This document shows, in pieces, positions 51,883 through 64,000 of a DNA stretch of 64,000 nt. Source of the stretch: Ramazzottius varieornatus (Eukaryota > Animalia > Tardigrada). The stretch lies in the NCBI GenBank assembly GCA_001949185.1, contig BDGG01000003.1, positions 1,400,725-1,464,724 on the forward strand. The letters are read 5' to 3'. The notes below the pieces were generated by a model that did no database searches, was not told the DNA's origin, and saw nothing but the letters and a program-made list of their open reading frames with translations. The translations under genes and the position numbers were made by a program. Position 1 is the first letter of the stretch, and each line of letters starts with the position of its first letter.

Positions 51883-54648
51883 TCAAGGAATCAGCAGCTG
51901 TTCTTGCAGCCTAGCCAAGCCTTTCTTGACGCTCAGCGCCGTTCGGCGACCCGATGGATTCGGGTTCCAGCACTCCACCATCATACTAACGTACTTGGCC
52001 AGGATCTGCAGGCACAAAGACAAAAGTAAGTCGAACTCAAAACGAGAAATGGCAACCAGGCAACTTTGCTATACAGCATCGTCATAAAGTGGCGCACGCT
52101 TCCAGCCAATAACACCGAAAACATGCGCCACTTGAACAGGCCCGACAAGTCTGCTTCTTGAAGTGGCGCAAGCTGCCACTCAATAATAACAGAACCGTGC
52201 GCCACTTGGGAAAACAGTCCTGTACGAGTCCCAAACCTCGGAATTTTATCTTTCGTGCCTACGCATTTCAGTTTTTTAGCACATTGATTTCTGTGTTTTG
52301 TTTCACCTCATGTTGATTCCAATAAGGAGCGATAGTAGGACGTTTCCGTTGGTTACAGACCACTTGTCGCATGTCATCGAAACTGGGATCATTCCCCACG
52401 TCCGGTCCGTATGGCAGATCGTATCCTTCGCGTTGTCCTAAGGAAGAAGGAAGGCAGAACTGAGGTGAGGCAACGCAAACAGCAAAAGGTGAGGAAAGTC
52501 GGTCAGGATCTTCTTACCGGATAGATCAGTGCATCGAGCCAGCTCCCACATGATCAGACTGAACGAGTAGATGTCCGACTGCTTCAAAGCTTCGAAGTTG
52601 TTCTTCTTGATGGTAAAGTCCAGGAGCTCAGGAGCCATATAGCGACGAGTACCTTGCCGTTTATCCGTGTCGAGGCTCTTCATGGCGTCTTCCCTGCAAG
52701 AGACACAAAAAAGAGGTCTAATTCAGTCTGATCAAAAGTAACGTGCCAGTTTACCGAATGGCCAAGCCGAAGTCAGCAATAACACAAACCACGCCAGCTT
52801 TTCCACTATGGTCGGCCTTGACCAGAATGTTCTTGGACTTCATGTCGCGATGGACAATGGCTGGCTTCACTGCCGTCCCAGAGATCTGTGCGTGGAGGTG
52901 GGAGAGTCCGTTGGCGATGGAATGGGCCATGCTCAACATGGTCCATCCCGGCAACGGCGTCTGCGACTCCCGTAAGTAGTCGAACAGAGCACCGTAGTGG
53001 AAATCCGTGATCAGCAGCATCTGTGTGCAGGATCCCGTTCCACCGATATCCGAAGCCACAAAACCTGAAAGACGGAAAAACATGCAAAGCTAGGAGAAAT
53101 CTCTGATATCCATCCCAATAAAATATCTGGGACGTCGGCAATTGGACTGAACAATATCCGTTACCCCAACTGGCGCACCTTCTCGTTGTTAGGGGCTGAA
53201 AGTGTACGCCATTCGGGAAAAGGATCATGCTCAAGTCATCTGCAAGACTCCGACATATACGGTTAGTTTCTTGTATTAAGGTTTTACCAAGGATGTTTTC
53301 GTGACGGAGCATCTGCGTGCCATACAAGTCCATTTCCGTCTGCCAGCTGACTTCGTCCAGCGTGGAGAAGATCTTGACCGCCACGTCCTGGTCGCGAAAC
53401 CGCGCTTTCCACACTTCACCGTACCGCCCCTTGCCGATATTTTTGATGAAGTGCAGCTGGCGTGCCACGGTGGTCTGGACCAGCAGCGGGAACCCGGAAC
53501 CAGAGCCGGAAGTCATGGACTGTTCGATATGCTGGTCGTCCTGCTCTTCCTTGTCCAAACCAGCGGACTTGAGCAGCTTCGACGTCAAGGACTGATGCTC
53601 TAACGCCTTCATGAAGGCTGTTCGCCGTCCTTTCTTTCTCCTGAAACGAGGGAAATAAGCCCATGGTCAGACCAAGAGTCCTGAACATATCCAAAGCGCT
53701 AGATTTCCAACGCAGAGAAGTCATTTTCCCTGTATTACCCGCCAAACAAAATTCTTGATAACAAGTCATCAGATTTTAGTTTTACAGCCAGGTGTTTTCT
53801 ATAAACCAGTCAAAGCCGTGTCGTACACCCCAACATACAACAGAGTTGAGCCAAGGACTCTCCGGTTCTCGACAGCGGAGACTTCAGGAATAACTCTTCC
53901 AAAAAATCCACATCCTCATCTTACCAGTAACATCCGCAGCCTAAGCCAACGAAGAGGCTGACTGCGCAGAGTGCCATGAGTCCGATGACACCATGAACCC
54001 ACGGTGGAGTTTCTTTAGGCTTTTCCGTCGTGCTTTCATGTGTAGTTGGAACGGCTGTCGTAGGGGGTAACGTTGGCTCCAAGTCAAAGTTGCAATGATC
54101 TTTGTCGTTACAACACAGAATCTGGAAGCGAAAATGGACTTGTCTGGGTAGATTCCCTCTGCACTGCAGAATGGCGCCAGTGTCTCCAGGAAGACATCCG
54201 TATTCGTAGTGCTGGACCAGAAGATTCGTCTTCTCATCCAGCTGTTCCCTGATAGTAGCGTAGCACTTTCCTCCAGCTGCGGCATGGCAGGTGTTGTTTA
54301 CATGCCATTCAGCACAGCCGTTCTCTTCGCAGAAGCATTCTAAAGCGGAGCCTGCAGGGAGAACAACGGGTAAGGTATGACAACACTTGAAATTCCATCA
54401 CGCAGCTCAGCATTGCTTATGTCCACCACGGACTGTGGTCCACGGTCCACAAATCCGTAAATATTGCCCGGACATAACGACATACGCAGCCATACAAACC
54501 CGGGCGTTCTAAACGAAACCCACTGAACTTGCTGTAACATCCCATTCTCATGGTAATTAAGCAAGTTTAACCACTGCAAAAAATTCTCACCTGTTCTTAG
54601 ATGAATGAGGAAGAGCGCAAAGACGCAAAAGATCCGTAGCCTCGACAT
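51883..54648 (-). CDS. TGF-beta family type I receptor, BMPR1/Thickveins-like; multi-exon
   Basis: Signal peptide, Cys box CCNDKDHCN, transmembrane segment, GS box [35 protein letters not shown] and GTRRYMAPE; L45 region [20 protein letters not shown]. Confidence 0.9.
52089..52205. repeat. Intronic palindrome copies 9 and 10 (tandem pair)
   Basis: Units at 52089-52131 and 52163-52205, both with 27-nt spacers, in the last receptor intron. Confidence 0.9.
53170..53212. repeat. Intronic palindrome copy 11
   Basis: tggcgca(53177)-27 nt-(53205)tacgcca, in a receptor intron. Confidence 0.75.
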
Positions 54649-55190
54649 CCCGAAGAAGAATCAAATAGACGAGAATTACGCTCCTGACGGTTCAAACATC
54701 GCGACGTCCGGTTTCGATCAGGCTCCAAGATCTTCCGCTTCTTTATCAACGATCCTGCTTGAGTTCCTCTGAAAACAGCAACCGATTGGAACAAACTATC
54801 GGGAATTTTGAGGAGGAAGAATGTGAAGTGAAGAAGCACAATCTTCCGACGCGAGAAAATCACGGTTGGAATATTACGATCGTGACGTCATGACCTCTTT
54901 GTTTCGAATCGCTGCAGGCGTGACTTGGCAAACGTGCTCGAAATGCTCCTCCCCTTATGTTGCGTTGATTGATAGCTTCCATCTCCGGCAGAAGATTGCC
55001 ACATGTCTCTGCATTCTTTGCGTTTATCTGGTTCCTCAGTTTCCTTTACCGGGAGTCGTTCTGTCTCAAGATTGTGCTCTGATTTGGTCATCCTGTTGGT
55101 GTTTATCCCTTTAGGTAAGTGTCTACGGAAGAAACCGCATCTTATTGGCCGGATTTGTTTATTTGAAGGTTGACTGTGACTGATTTCAGG

Positions 55191-55818
55191 ATGGCTGCTC
55201 CCACGCAAGAAGTTGCTCGTGGACTGAAAGGTGTCAGAGGGTTCAAAACCACCAAGAATGTCGCAAAGGAGCGTCCATCTCGCATGCGAGTAGGTTGCGA
55301 CATTTTGCTACTGTTTGCTAAGGTGAGGCAAGGTGGACTGATGATGAATTTTTGTTGCAGAAACTGAACAAGCACGTCAAGTTTGTCCGTGACATCGTTA
55401 AGGAGGTTTGCGGTCTTGCACCTTACGAGAGAAGGACTATCGAATTACTCCGTGTTGGACGGGATAAGCGAGCTCTCAAATTCCTCAAAAGAAGAGTAAG
55501 TGTGTGGATATTCGTCGAACTTACCACAGAGTGATGCCTAACGGTGGCGTCGACTTGCGGAAATCAAGATGAAATTGAGACTTTGGCAGGCCGTACGCAG
55601 CAGCAAGTCTCGCTTGTTCATGCCACATATTGTAGGGTACTGTTTGCCGCGTCAGTCGCTTGATTGCAGCAGAAATTTGACTGTCGTGCCTCTTCAACTC
55701 AGTTTCCAACCAAGTTCCGTTTCTCTTGCAGCTTGGAACCCATCTTCGAGCCAAGCGCAAGCGAGATGAGATGTCCCGAACCCTGACTGCCCAGAGGAAG
55801 GCTCAGGCACATCGTTAA
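55191..55818 (+). CDS. RPL36: 60S ribosomal protein L36; 3 coding exons
   Basis: [42 protein letters not shown]|[14 protein letters not shown]. Confidence 0.97.
55503..55630 (+). ncRNA. Candidate intronic box H/ACA snoRNA
   Basis: Hairpin (ccac/gtgg), H box AAATCA (55561-55566), hairpin (gagactt/aagtctc), then ACA (55625-55627); each box lies 14 nt from its upper stem; located in an RPL36 intron. Confidence 0.5.
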
Positions 55819-56246
55819 GACGGACTCCCGTGGTCGCACTCCTCGCTTTTTCTTACAAAAAATTACCAAGTAGTTTCGTACTTGCAGAAAAAGCTCAGAG
55901 ATTCAGTTCTGATGTTTTCCGTTTATTCAGCCTGGCTTTCCGATAAATTACAAACGTACTAAACTTTCACCAGGGTGACTGTTCGCAAGAGCGTGACATG
56001 GGATTGCATTAAAACTTCAGAAAAATAAAACAAGAGATCAAACAAGAAAAACGCTGTCTTGGAAATGATTCCGGAATCAAACCAGAGGACGTTCTTTGTC
56101 CTTTTGAGTTTCAGCTACAAACTGGAAACAGCGTAATACGTAGAGCGACTAGACCGGATACGGAAATGTGAGCATACTGGAAAAATCGAGTCGGGAAAAA
56201 CCAGGCCGCGACGATTAACTTCGGCCAAACACTGCAACCTTCGTCT

Positions 56247-58501
56247 TTACGGTGTCAAACCTCTCCGATGAAGTTTGGCCGCCAGAAAGGAATGGATGAG
56301 GAATACTGCTGGTTTGGGGGACGATTTTAGGTCTATTACCTGCAGGAAGAGGAAGGATCGTTAGCTGAAATATGACAAGTGCAGCTTATTACTGTCAAAC
56401 CGGAAGTCATAAAGTCATGAGCTCACGTAGGGATCTGTCGAATCGATGAACTCCAAATACAGGATGTGTTTGCCGTCATCGGCTGTGGCACGGAGCTTCT
56501 CGAAGGGCTGCTGCCAGTATATGTCTCGTCGTGAGGCATTACCGGAAAGAAGGATGAAGCCTTCCTCGAAATGAAGTGTCAGCCTGGCGTCTTGTCCTTG
56601 CCAATTACAACCTGCAACAAAAAGTCAAAACAACATTTTTATCCGATGAATGAGCAAACCATAATATAACCGATTCGAAGGTCTAAGCATCTGAGTTTAT
56701 ATTTGGGACGTGTGGCAAATGAACTGAACTACATCGTTATCCCAAGTGGCGTAGGTTTTCATTCTGAACTGCTGAAACTGTGCGCCCTTTTGAGAAAACA
56801 TTCTGGGTCAAATCATTTGCTCACATCCCATCTCACTTACTCCAAGAGCTTTCTTTGGTGAGTTCCACAGCGCGGAAGGTACCCTGTATTATTGCTTTGA
56901 CCCACGCGGATAAGTCTCTACAGGTCTGTAGCTGGAAAAGATGACGCTCTATGCCATGCCTAGTCCCGGTTCTTATCTGAAAAGTTATGGGCTCGGAGCT
57001 CAAGTCGAGCTTCGACGACGCTTTGGAAGAAAGAGTGTTGTTCCTGGAACCAGTTGGCGCATGAAGAACCCTATGTACACAAACAGTTATCTCCCGAAGT
57101 CACTCAGTGAAGAATATAGGAATTCATACCTTGTAGCGATTAGCTCGCAAGCGAACCCAGGCGTGGCCCATTCGTCTTTGGTCCACGGAACCGAATCGAA
57201 GACCATCATTTGCTTATCGGTTATTGCGGCGAAGACTGGCTTCAGCTGCTGTTGACCGTCCATGTAAACCTATAAGAACAGAGCAGATGGGCTCTTAACA
57301 TTCGCTCGGGTAATTTGATCAAATTTAATGAAACGAAGCGAACCTTTTCCGCCATCCAGCCGATGGTGGCTAAATGGCTGCCAGATAGCACTTTATGCAG
57401 CACTCGATTACACTGGGACAATAACTTTTTATTGAGCTCTGTAATGGTGGAATGGATCATGTTGAACCAGGAGGTGCCGTTGGAGGGATCGGCGAATTTT
57501 AGCTGGCAGGAATGTCGTAAATTTGGCGATTGCAGCAGGAGGACCGTCGCGTCGGACTGCATGGACTGTTCCACCAGACGCGACAAGTAGCATAACAGCA
57601 ACGGTATCGATTTAGTATCAGACCGTAAATTCCGAGGCGTCAACGATATTGCATCCTAAAAGAAGCGAAGCAAGATAATGAAAATTCCCTGAATCGTTGT
57701 AAAATGAGGCAAGTCCGTGAACGCAACAAGGAAGATGAATTCCGACAAGAACCATCAATCAACACAAAACACAGACTGGCGAAAGCACCTGCAGTCTTGT
57801 GGTGGTTAAAAACAAGAATCAACCGTAAGAGCTTGATTGACTTACCTTGAGAAATCCATGTGGTAATTCCCATCCAACTTCCCTCATGGCCATGACTTTC
57901 CGGTAAAACGGTGTGGTCTCTTGCAGAAATTGGACTGCAAACACCCGCAAAGAATTAGGGAAGGCGTAGGATGGTAGACAAGACTAGACGGTAGTTTCAT
58001 ACCTTCAAGAACGACGACACTTCCGGCGTCTTTCAGACATCCGACAGCTTCATCGTGGGAAGCTTGGCTCAAGTCGAACTCGTTGCACGACAAGATGGCA
58101 TCTCCGACCGATAGCTGACCCGTCTCGCTGGCAGCCATGCCTTCGAATATCTTGCTGATGACAATAGGCATTCCATTCTCATGGCCACCTTTAATACTGA
58201 TCCCCAGACCACTGTCCGCGTCTTTGACGATCCTGACGATTCTCTTCTCGTTGGACAGGTTTTCTTTGGCGTGGACGTAGTTCTTGGTAGCGTCATGGTA
58301 CTTTGGCGGACCATGGTCGTAGTCATCTTCGCTAAAGGTGTTATCCTCAAAGCTGAGTAGAAGGACGTCGTCTTCCAGGTTGAGTCCGGCGTTGATCCAC
58401 TGCTGCTGGATGAGAACTTGGACCGAGTTGAAACTGGACGCATCTTCGTGTGCTCGCATTCGTAGACCAGGCATCTTTTGCCGTCGTATGGAGTTATACA
58501 T
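56247..58501 (-). CDS. Syntrophin, alpha/beta class; multi-exon
   Basis: Split PH domain plus PDZ ([22 protein letters not shown]), [20 protein letters not shown] and the SU-domain end [15 protein letters not shown]. Confidence 0.93.
56746..56788. repeat. Intronic palindrome copy 12
   Basis: gtggcgta(56753)-27 nt-(56781)tgcgcccttttgagaaaac, in a syntrophin intron. Confidence 0.75.
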
Positions 58502-59357
58502 GGTGCTCCCTTTTCTTCGTGAGCAGAAGTCGCGAAATCAAACGTGAACATCCAGAAAAATTACCATAAGCAAACATGACCGACTTCGGACTTCCGATTG
58601 CCTGTAAAATAAAGCCATAATTGGCCTGTAAGGTGGCACACAAGTCAATCAGCTTTTGACTAGCGGCATAGGAGCGTCAGGGCGGAGCTACTCATGCCGT
58701 CACACGGAATCCGTACCGCAATTTGGTCCGCCCAACAGGCGGACGGTCCGTCATCGCTCTGCTGCTGTAGTTAGTGGAATTCCAGTCAAGCACATCAGGA
58801 AAAGTTGCTCCGAAAGAGAAATGTTGGCACAGTTTGTAAATAATCATCCCATTCAGCCGATTGGAAAAGTAGAGCAGGCACTCAGCGTGTAATCCGGTCG
58901 CCGACAAGACAGCAACAGAAGCTATGCAAACAAGCGAGCTTAAAGTCTCATCAGTGATGCCACGCGTCCATTTGGTAAATAGGAAGAAATGCAGGCACCA
59001 TTCATGGTAAGCTCATTAAAAAATTAAGAGTAACTCTAAACATTAGCTTACTGCATCCGTCTGGTGCGCTAACGAGGTTCGCATCTTCCGATTAGAGGAT
59101 GATCCATTCGAAAGAAGCTGAAGAGGGACGGTTCGATTGAAAGCAAATGTTTGATCTCTCATCGACGAGCCAACACTTTAAACTCAAATCGATTTTACTC
59201 ACAGAGTGAGCAAATTCATCTCGGGTATTCCACTTCCTCGCAGTGGGAGTGGAACTCAGAACGATGCAATGTTGTTTGCTCCATACTCCACTACTCCATC
59301 AGACCGGTTTACACACGGAAGTGAGAGGAGTTCGCTCTTGTCGAACAAAGGACTTCA

Positions 59358-59561
59358 ATGTCGTTTCACTTTTGTGTCTTGACTGTCTTCCTTCTTTCTG
59401 CCTTTTCATTTTGCAAGGGTCATGATGCTCTACAGATCATCAAACGTGGCGCACGAGAAAGACATTACACTATGCTTCCTGAGTCTGGGAAAAGGCGACG
59501 AACCATCGGAACAGGAAAGAATGGAGCATCATCCATGTGTGGGAAGGAGGAAGTGCGCTGA
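59358..59561 (+). CDS. Possible small secreted peptide precursor, 67 aa
   Basis: MSFHFCVLTVFLLSAFSFCKG signal-like segment; KR and GKRR sites. Confidence 0.35.
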   Translation: MSFHFCVLTVFLLSAFSFCKGHDALQIIKRGARERHYTMLPESGKRRRTIGTGKNGASSMCGKEEVR

Positions 59562-60114
59562 AAGGCGCCATCGATGCCAACACGTCGAAGTCCAGTAATC
59601 GATAAGTATCACCCTCAGAGGATTTCTCTGCTCATAAGCTGTGTCCGTGTCGTCTTCTCTTGATCTGAAGGAACGACCAAGCCATTGGAACAGACACTTG
59701 TTTACTGATATCTTTCCGTACCAAAGTAATCATCTTTCATTCCTTTTACTTGCAGGATCCACGCCATTAGAGAGCTACAGCAAGTCGTTTCACGAAAACC
59801 CTGGAGTGGCACCAAAACCGACTTTTATCGGGAAATAATACTAAGGTACAAGTGGACTGGTGGAATGAAAAACAGTCACATCAATCAGATACGGATTTTG
59901 TCGAATGAGAAAGGCATTTTTCGCGCAGAACCCAACTGTTCAGGAGACGACTTTCTGAACTTGACGTTCAGGTGCCCACCTGAGGCCCAATGCATTTTTA
60001 CACTGCAGAAATACGGTCGATCTGTAGTATTTCCGCCCTAACAGCCAAAATCTATAACATTGATAATTTCTGCCGTCGTCAATGTTAAACGGACTGCTAA
60101 TGCTGCACAGGTCG

Positions 60115-60281
60115 ACGGTAGAAACGTGATGGGGAAGTGCAGCGGTAATTCGTCCATAGCGAAAACTCACCACCGAAAAGGGTTATAGAAACACGGCAGA
60201 AACATGGTGGGGAAACGTAGTGGTATTTCATCCATAGCGAAAATTCACTATCGAAAAGAACCCCAGAAATACGGCGGAAAC
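60115..60281. repeat. 78-bp tandem repeat, about 2.2 copies
   Basis: acgg(t/c)(a/g)gaaac at 60115, 60193 and 60271; tccatagcgaaaa occurs twice. Confidence 0.85.
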
Positions 60282-60464
60282 ACCGTGTGCAAATTTACGA
60301 TTTTGCTGGGAATATCGAATGAGCTGGTTGGTACGTAATTACTGGTACCGGAAAGTTCTGAATCTGTTGAAAACTAATTAAAATCAAAATGTTTCAATAA
60401 ATAAAAAATCAGATCAGAAATAGGCAAGAGTATCAGGAGCAGCAAAATTCAACGGGAATGAATT

Positions 60465-61150
60465 TTAAACGGAAGGCAGTGGAGCAATCTTCTTGTTTTT
60501 CTTGCGGAGTCCAGAGCAGTGAGTACTGATTCTCTTGTCGATTTCCGCAGTCTTTGGTTGGGTCAACTTCTTCCCGTCACAGAACATAGCGACCATATCT
60601 GAAGACGAGTCGAAGCGTAAAGACATTATCTTCGGCACAGTACGACATGTTTTGAAATTGCTGATGATAAATCATTACCTGTATGAACTGCTGCCTTTCA
60701 GTCCATGAAACAAGAGCGTGTTCCGAAGACAATCCATGGCTACCTGACTGAAGCGCTGGTTGACCGCTCTGGGTACTCTGTCCATGGGGATGGCTTATGA
60801 CGGTGGTGATGGAGTTGTCAGGCAGGTTAACGGCAGTATCCGACTGGACGTTACTTGGTTGCAGCACAGCAGCGGCGTAACTCTTCCCCATCGAGTCTAA
60901 GGCTTCATCGGTGGCAGCATCTTTCAGTTTACCTTCGAGACTCTTGTAGGCTTCCTTGGCTGTCTTGCCGATCTCTTGGTCGAGGAAGATTGCCGGAAAC
61001 GGCTTGCCTCTGCCTTGTCACTTGACCATGCAGTTCGATCCAACAGTTGGAGTATCAGGGCCGTCTCCTTGCACATACCAGGATGGCTGAACGACACCTA
61101 ACTTCGGTGGCTCATCAGCATAAAGTAGACCACCCAGGCACTGCCACTCT
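60465..61150 (-). pseudogene. Decayed coding remnant, possibly a transposon accessory (BEN-like) gene
   Basis: LGVVQPSWY...MVK*QG..KPFPAIFL, and a spliced tail EIDKRISTHCSGLRKK; in-frame stop. Confidence 0.3.
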
Positions 61151-62972
61151 TCTCCATCTCGAACAGGAATAAGCAGATTGACAATGTGGAAAAGGCTGAA
61201 GAGCTACAACTGACAGTGTTTTTCAGTGAGACGTACACTACCATGCTGAATTATGAAAACGCTCGGCAGGTGAGCTCATGTTTGTGACGTAACGAGGGCA
61301 CTGGTGCTGTCATTACCGTTGGGCCGTTTTCCTTCCCCTCCTCCCGGGTCTATCCACTACAGAAACCGGGCTGAAGTTGCACAGTCGCACTTCCACCACA
61401 CTTTATCAATAGCTTCAGAACTTCTTCCGCGTTTCTGTAGCCCTAACGGCATCCCTGTAGTGTACCACAGAAACGCTCCCCTTGAAGTTTGAAAATGCAT
61501 TGGGGGGTGCTCATACAGGTTTGTAGAGAATTTAATGGGCTATCGAAGAAGCGTGAAGGAAGTTTTGTTCAACAACTGGTTATACAGTTAAAGGGAGGAA
61601 GCAGAATTTCGGGATCTCGTATAGCAACTCGTTCTGGTAAAACAAAAACTTCGCTGATCACCGCCAGTGGCGGCTGCGTACAGATTTCCACCGATGACCT
61701 TTGTCCTACTGAAGTTCCGACGCCACAATGAAACTTTGGCGGGAACCGGAAGGGTATTTCCGGTTTCCGATCCAGGTATGGGTCCACATACGAAAAAGTG
61801 CAAAAATCCAAAATTCATATAAGAGGTATAAAAATTCAACAGGATTGGTGGTAGTTCCTGCGGATTGCCGATCAGGAATATCTGAAAACCAAAGGGGTTA
61901 CTTGAAACAGAGAAGAATTTGATTAAAGACAGTTGACGAAACCAATGCCCTAGTAGTACAGCCCATGCAAGCAAACTGGCCACCACTCTTGCAAAAAATT
62001 GGTTATCTTCCAATGACGATTTCGAGAGCTGTTCCTTATTTTGCCTGATAGCCCCAACTTCCCCTTTTGGAAAAGTACCAGACATCTCAATCGAACTAAA
62101 TCGAACTACCATAGTCGAAGTAACGATCGCAAAAGCTCACGGCTCGACGGGAGCAGTCGTGTAGAGACCCTTGTTTTCCCGTTGTTTTTCGAACGGTCCC
62201 AAAACAGACCTGTGCTTCGAAAAATTTTGTTTTAGACAACGAAAAGACTTCGCTGATGCAGAATGATAGTGCATGTGATCTACTATCGGACGCACTAGAG
62301 TTCGCGTGAAATGAGTCACGCTTGACTTTAGTAGACTTGAATTCCAGGAAAAAAAAGTTGATGCTCGGTCGGATGACGACCCTCACCCGAAAAATTTCTT
62401 CTCGGCAACCAGCGGTACTTTCAAAGAATTCGTTGCTGGTTGATTCTAGTAGCTTATTGACAGGGCTTTCGCCCGTGGCCGAAAAGTTAGGCCTGAAACT
62501 CTCATCGTGAATTGTCCGACAAGTTTGAAAAATCAGTGGTGACAGCTTTGCTTGAACGCTGTACATAGATCAATATCGAAATGCAAGCAAAGACTAAAAC
62601 AGCGAAACACCACGATGACCACGCTGTTTTTCCTCCTCACGGGCTGCAAGAAATCGCCCGAATGGTGTCTGCGTCTGAATAGTCGAATTAATCTCTCACA
62701 ATGATTCCAGTCGTAATGAGTTTTTCATCTCTCGAATGTCTTAAGCGTTTTTGACGTAACGAGCCGCACAAGTGGTCCTCGTGCATACTTCGTAACACAT
62801 GCGGACCTAGTTTTATCTCTGACTTGCCAGCAAATACTTGAATTCAACATAGCACTCAGTCTGATAAGCACCGATCACCTGGATGCACTAGTGTAGATTA
62901 CCTGCATTTGTTAACATAAAATCAAAACATTCATCAACATAAATTAAGTGGACAAATCCGGATATATCCGGC

Positions 62973-63635
62973 TAGTGATGTTCTAGTATGGGTTAATGAG
63001 ATCTAATATAATAAAAATAAACATCCGCCGTCCACCGAAGTCTTAATGATTTGCAATTACTATAGTAGAACCTCTGCCTGATTTAAGAAAATCTTACTAC
63101 AGTAGAACTTTCGGGGGTTTGTGATTAGAAATATATTTTAATATCGGGGAGCTCGACGGAAGATCTGAAGATTCAGAATCACAACCATCAGATCAGCAAA
63201 AATACTGTAGTACAGCTTGCACCCTGCACCTGCACACTGTAACATGGCCGGTTGAAGTGTCAGACTGTATGCAGGTGCACGATATTTAAGCGTATTTATT
63301 TTGCAGTAGCCCTACTGTGCTGCTGTAGAGGCATCATTATGGTGTGGCGCACTTTATAAGGCGTGGTCGCACATCGAGAAACCAACGCACACGCATCAGA
63401 ACTCAGCAAATCAACCAGTTTTTCGAATCCGCGGTAGCGTTACCCGTATTAAAATATATTTTACTATAGATGACGGACAACTTGATAATAATAAAATATC
63501 GCACTTCCAGTTTCAGGCTACTAAAATATAAATATTGGAGTGCAGTGCCTAATTCTGTTTACTAAATATTACTAAATATAGTAGATCCTGAAACCATCTA
63601 CTTTAAAAAAATATTACTATACTAGAACATCACTA
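62973..63635. mobile_element. hAT MITE
   Basis: Perfect 17-bp TIR tagtgatgttctagtat; TSD tatccggc / catccggc. Confidence 0.85.
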
Positions 63636-64000
63636 CATCCGGCAGTCTCATCAGAGAGACTAGAGGGGGTAGAGGAACCGCTGTGTATGCCGTACAGCCG
63701 TAAAATATGGAAGCCGTGGTGGCACTTACCACTACTGACGAATATCACCATTGGTTCGATACGCGCACATAGAGGCCACGCTCCGGCAGAGTCGGTTGCG
63801 TTACGGTGGGTATACAGCCTCCAAGCACGATGATATGGAACGTGAAAACTCATCTGTACACTGCAAGGCCTACGTCCAGCCGTGATCCAAGCGTTCACAA
63901 GTGGCAAGGAGGAAATCAGCAGGAGGAAGGAAGCACGAAGCTTCGTTTGAGGACGGGATGTCTTGGTTCCAGAATGTCCATCAGCGGTCTCTTTCGTCAG

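Overview
Compact, gene-dense animal genomic DNA with short GT-AG introns; an ecdysozoan such as a tardigrade is plausible, but that is inference only. Eleven conserved spliced genes are recognisable: an HRI-like eIF2-alpha kinase, ANKRD11/12, PDHA1, a P5B ATPase (ATP13A), TMEM147, NOL10, NDUFAF1, PCYT2, MAGT1/TUSC3, a BMP type I receptor, RPL36, plus an alpha/beta-syntrophin. Features that the genes do not explain: (1) a dispersed palindromic element, TGGCGCA-N27-TGCGCCA, with 12 copies, all with a 27-nt spacer and all inside introns of 7 different genes; (2) a roughly 7-kb nested stack of hAT-type elements with resolvable 8-bp target-site duplications, starting about 40 bp upstream of the NDUFAF1 start codon, in which elements repeatedly landed in or beside each other's termini; (3) single-ORF orphan secreted precursor genes with dibasic/furin sites, Trp/Asp-rich DPNW repeats and a candidate amidated peptide; (4) a decayed DD85E IS630-Tc1-mariner transposase; (5) a candidate H/ACA snoRNA in an RPL36 intron. 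There are two assembly gaps (5908-6091 and 25730-25779). Exon boundaries were read by eye and are approximate.
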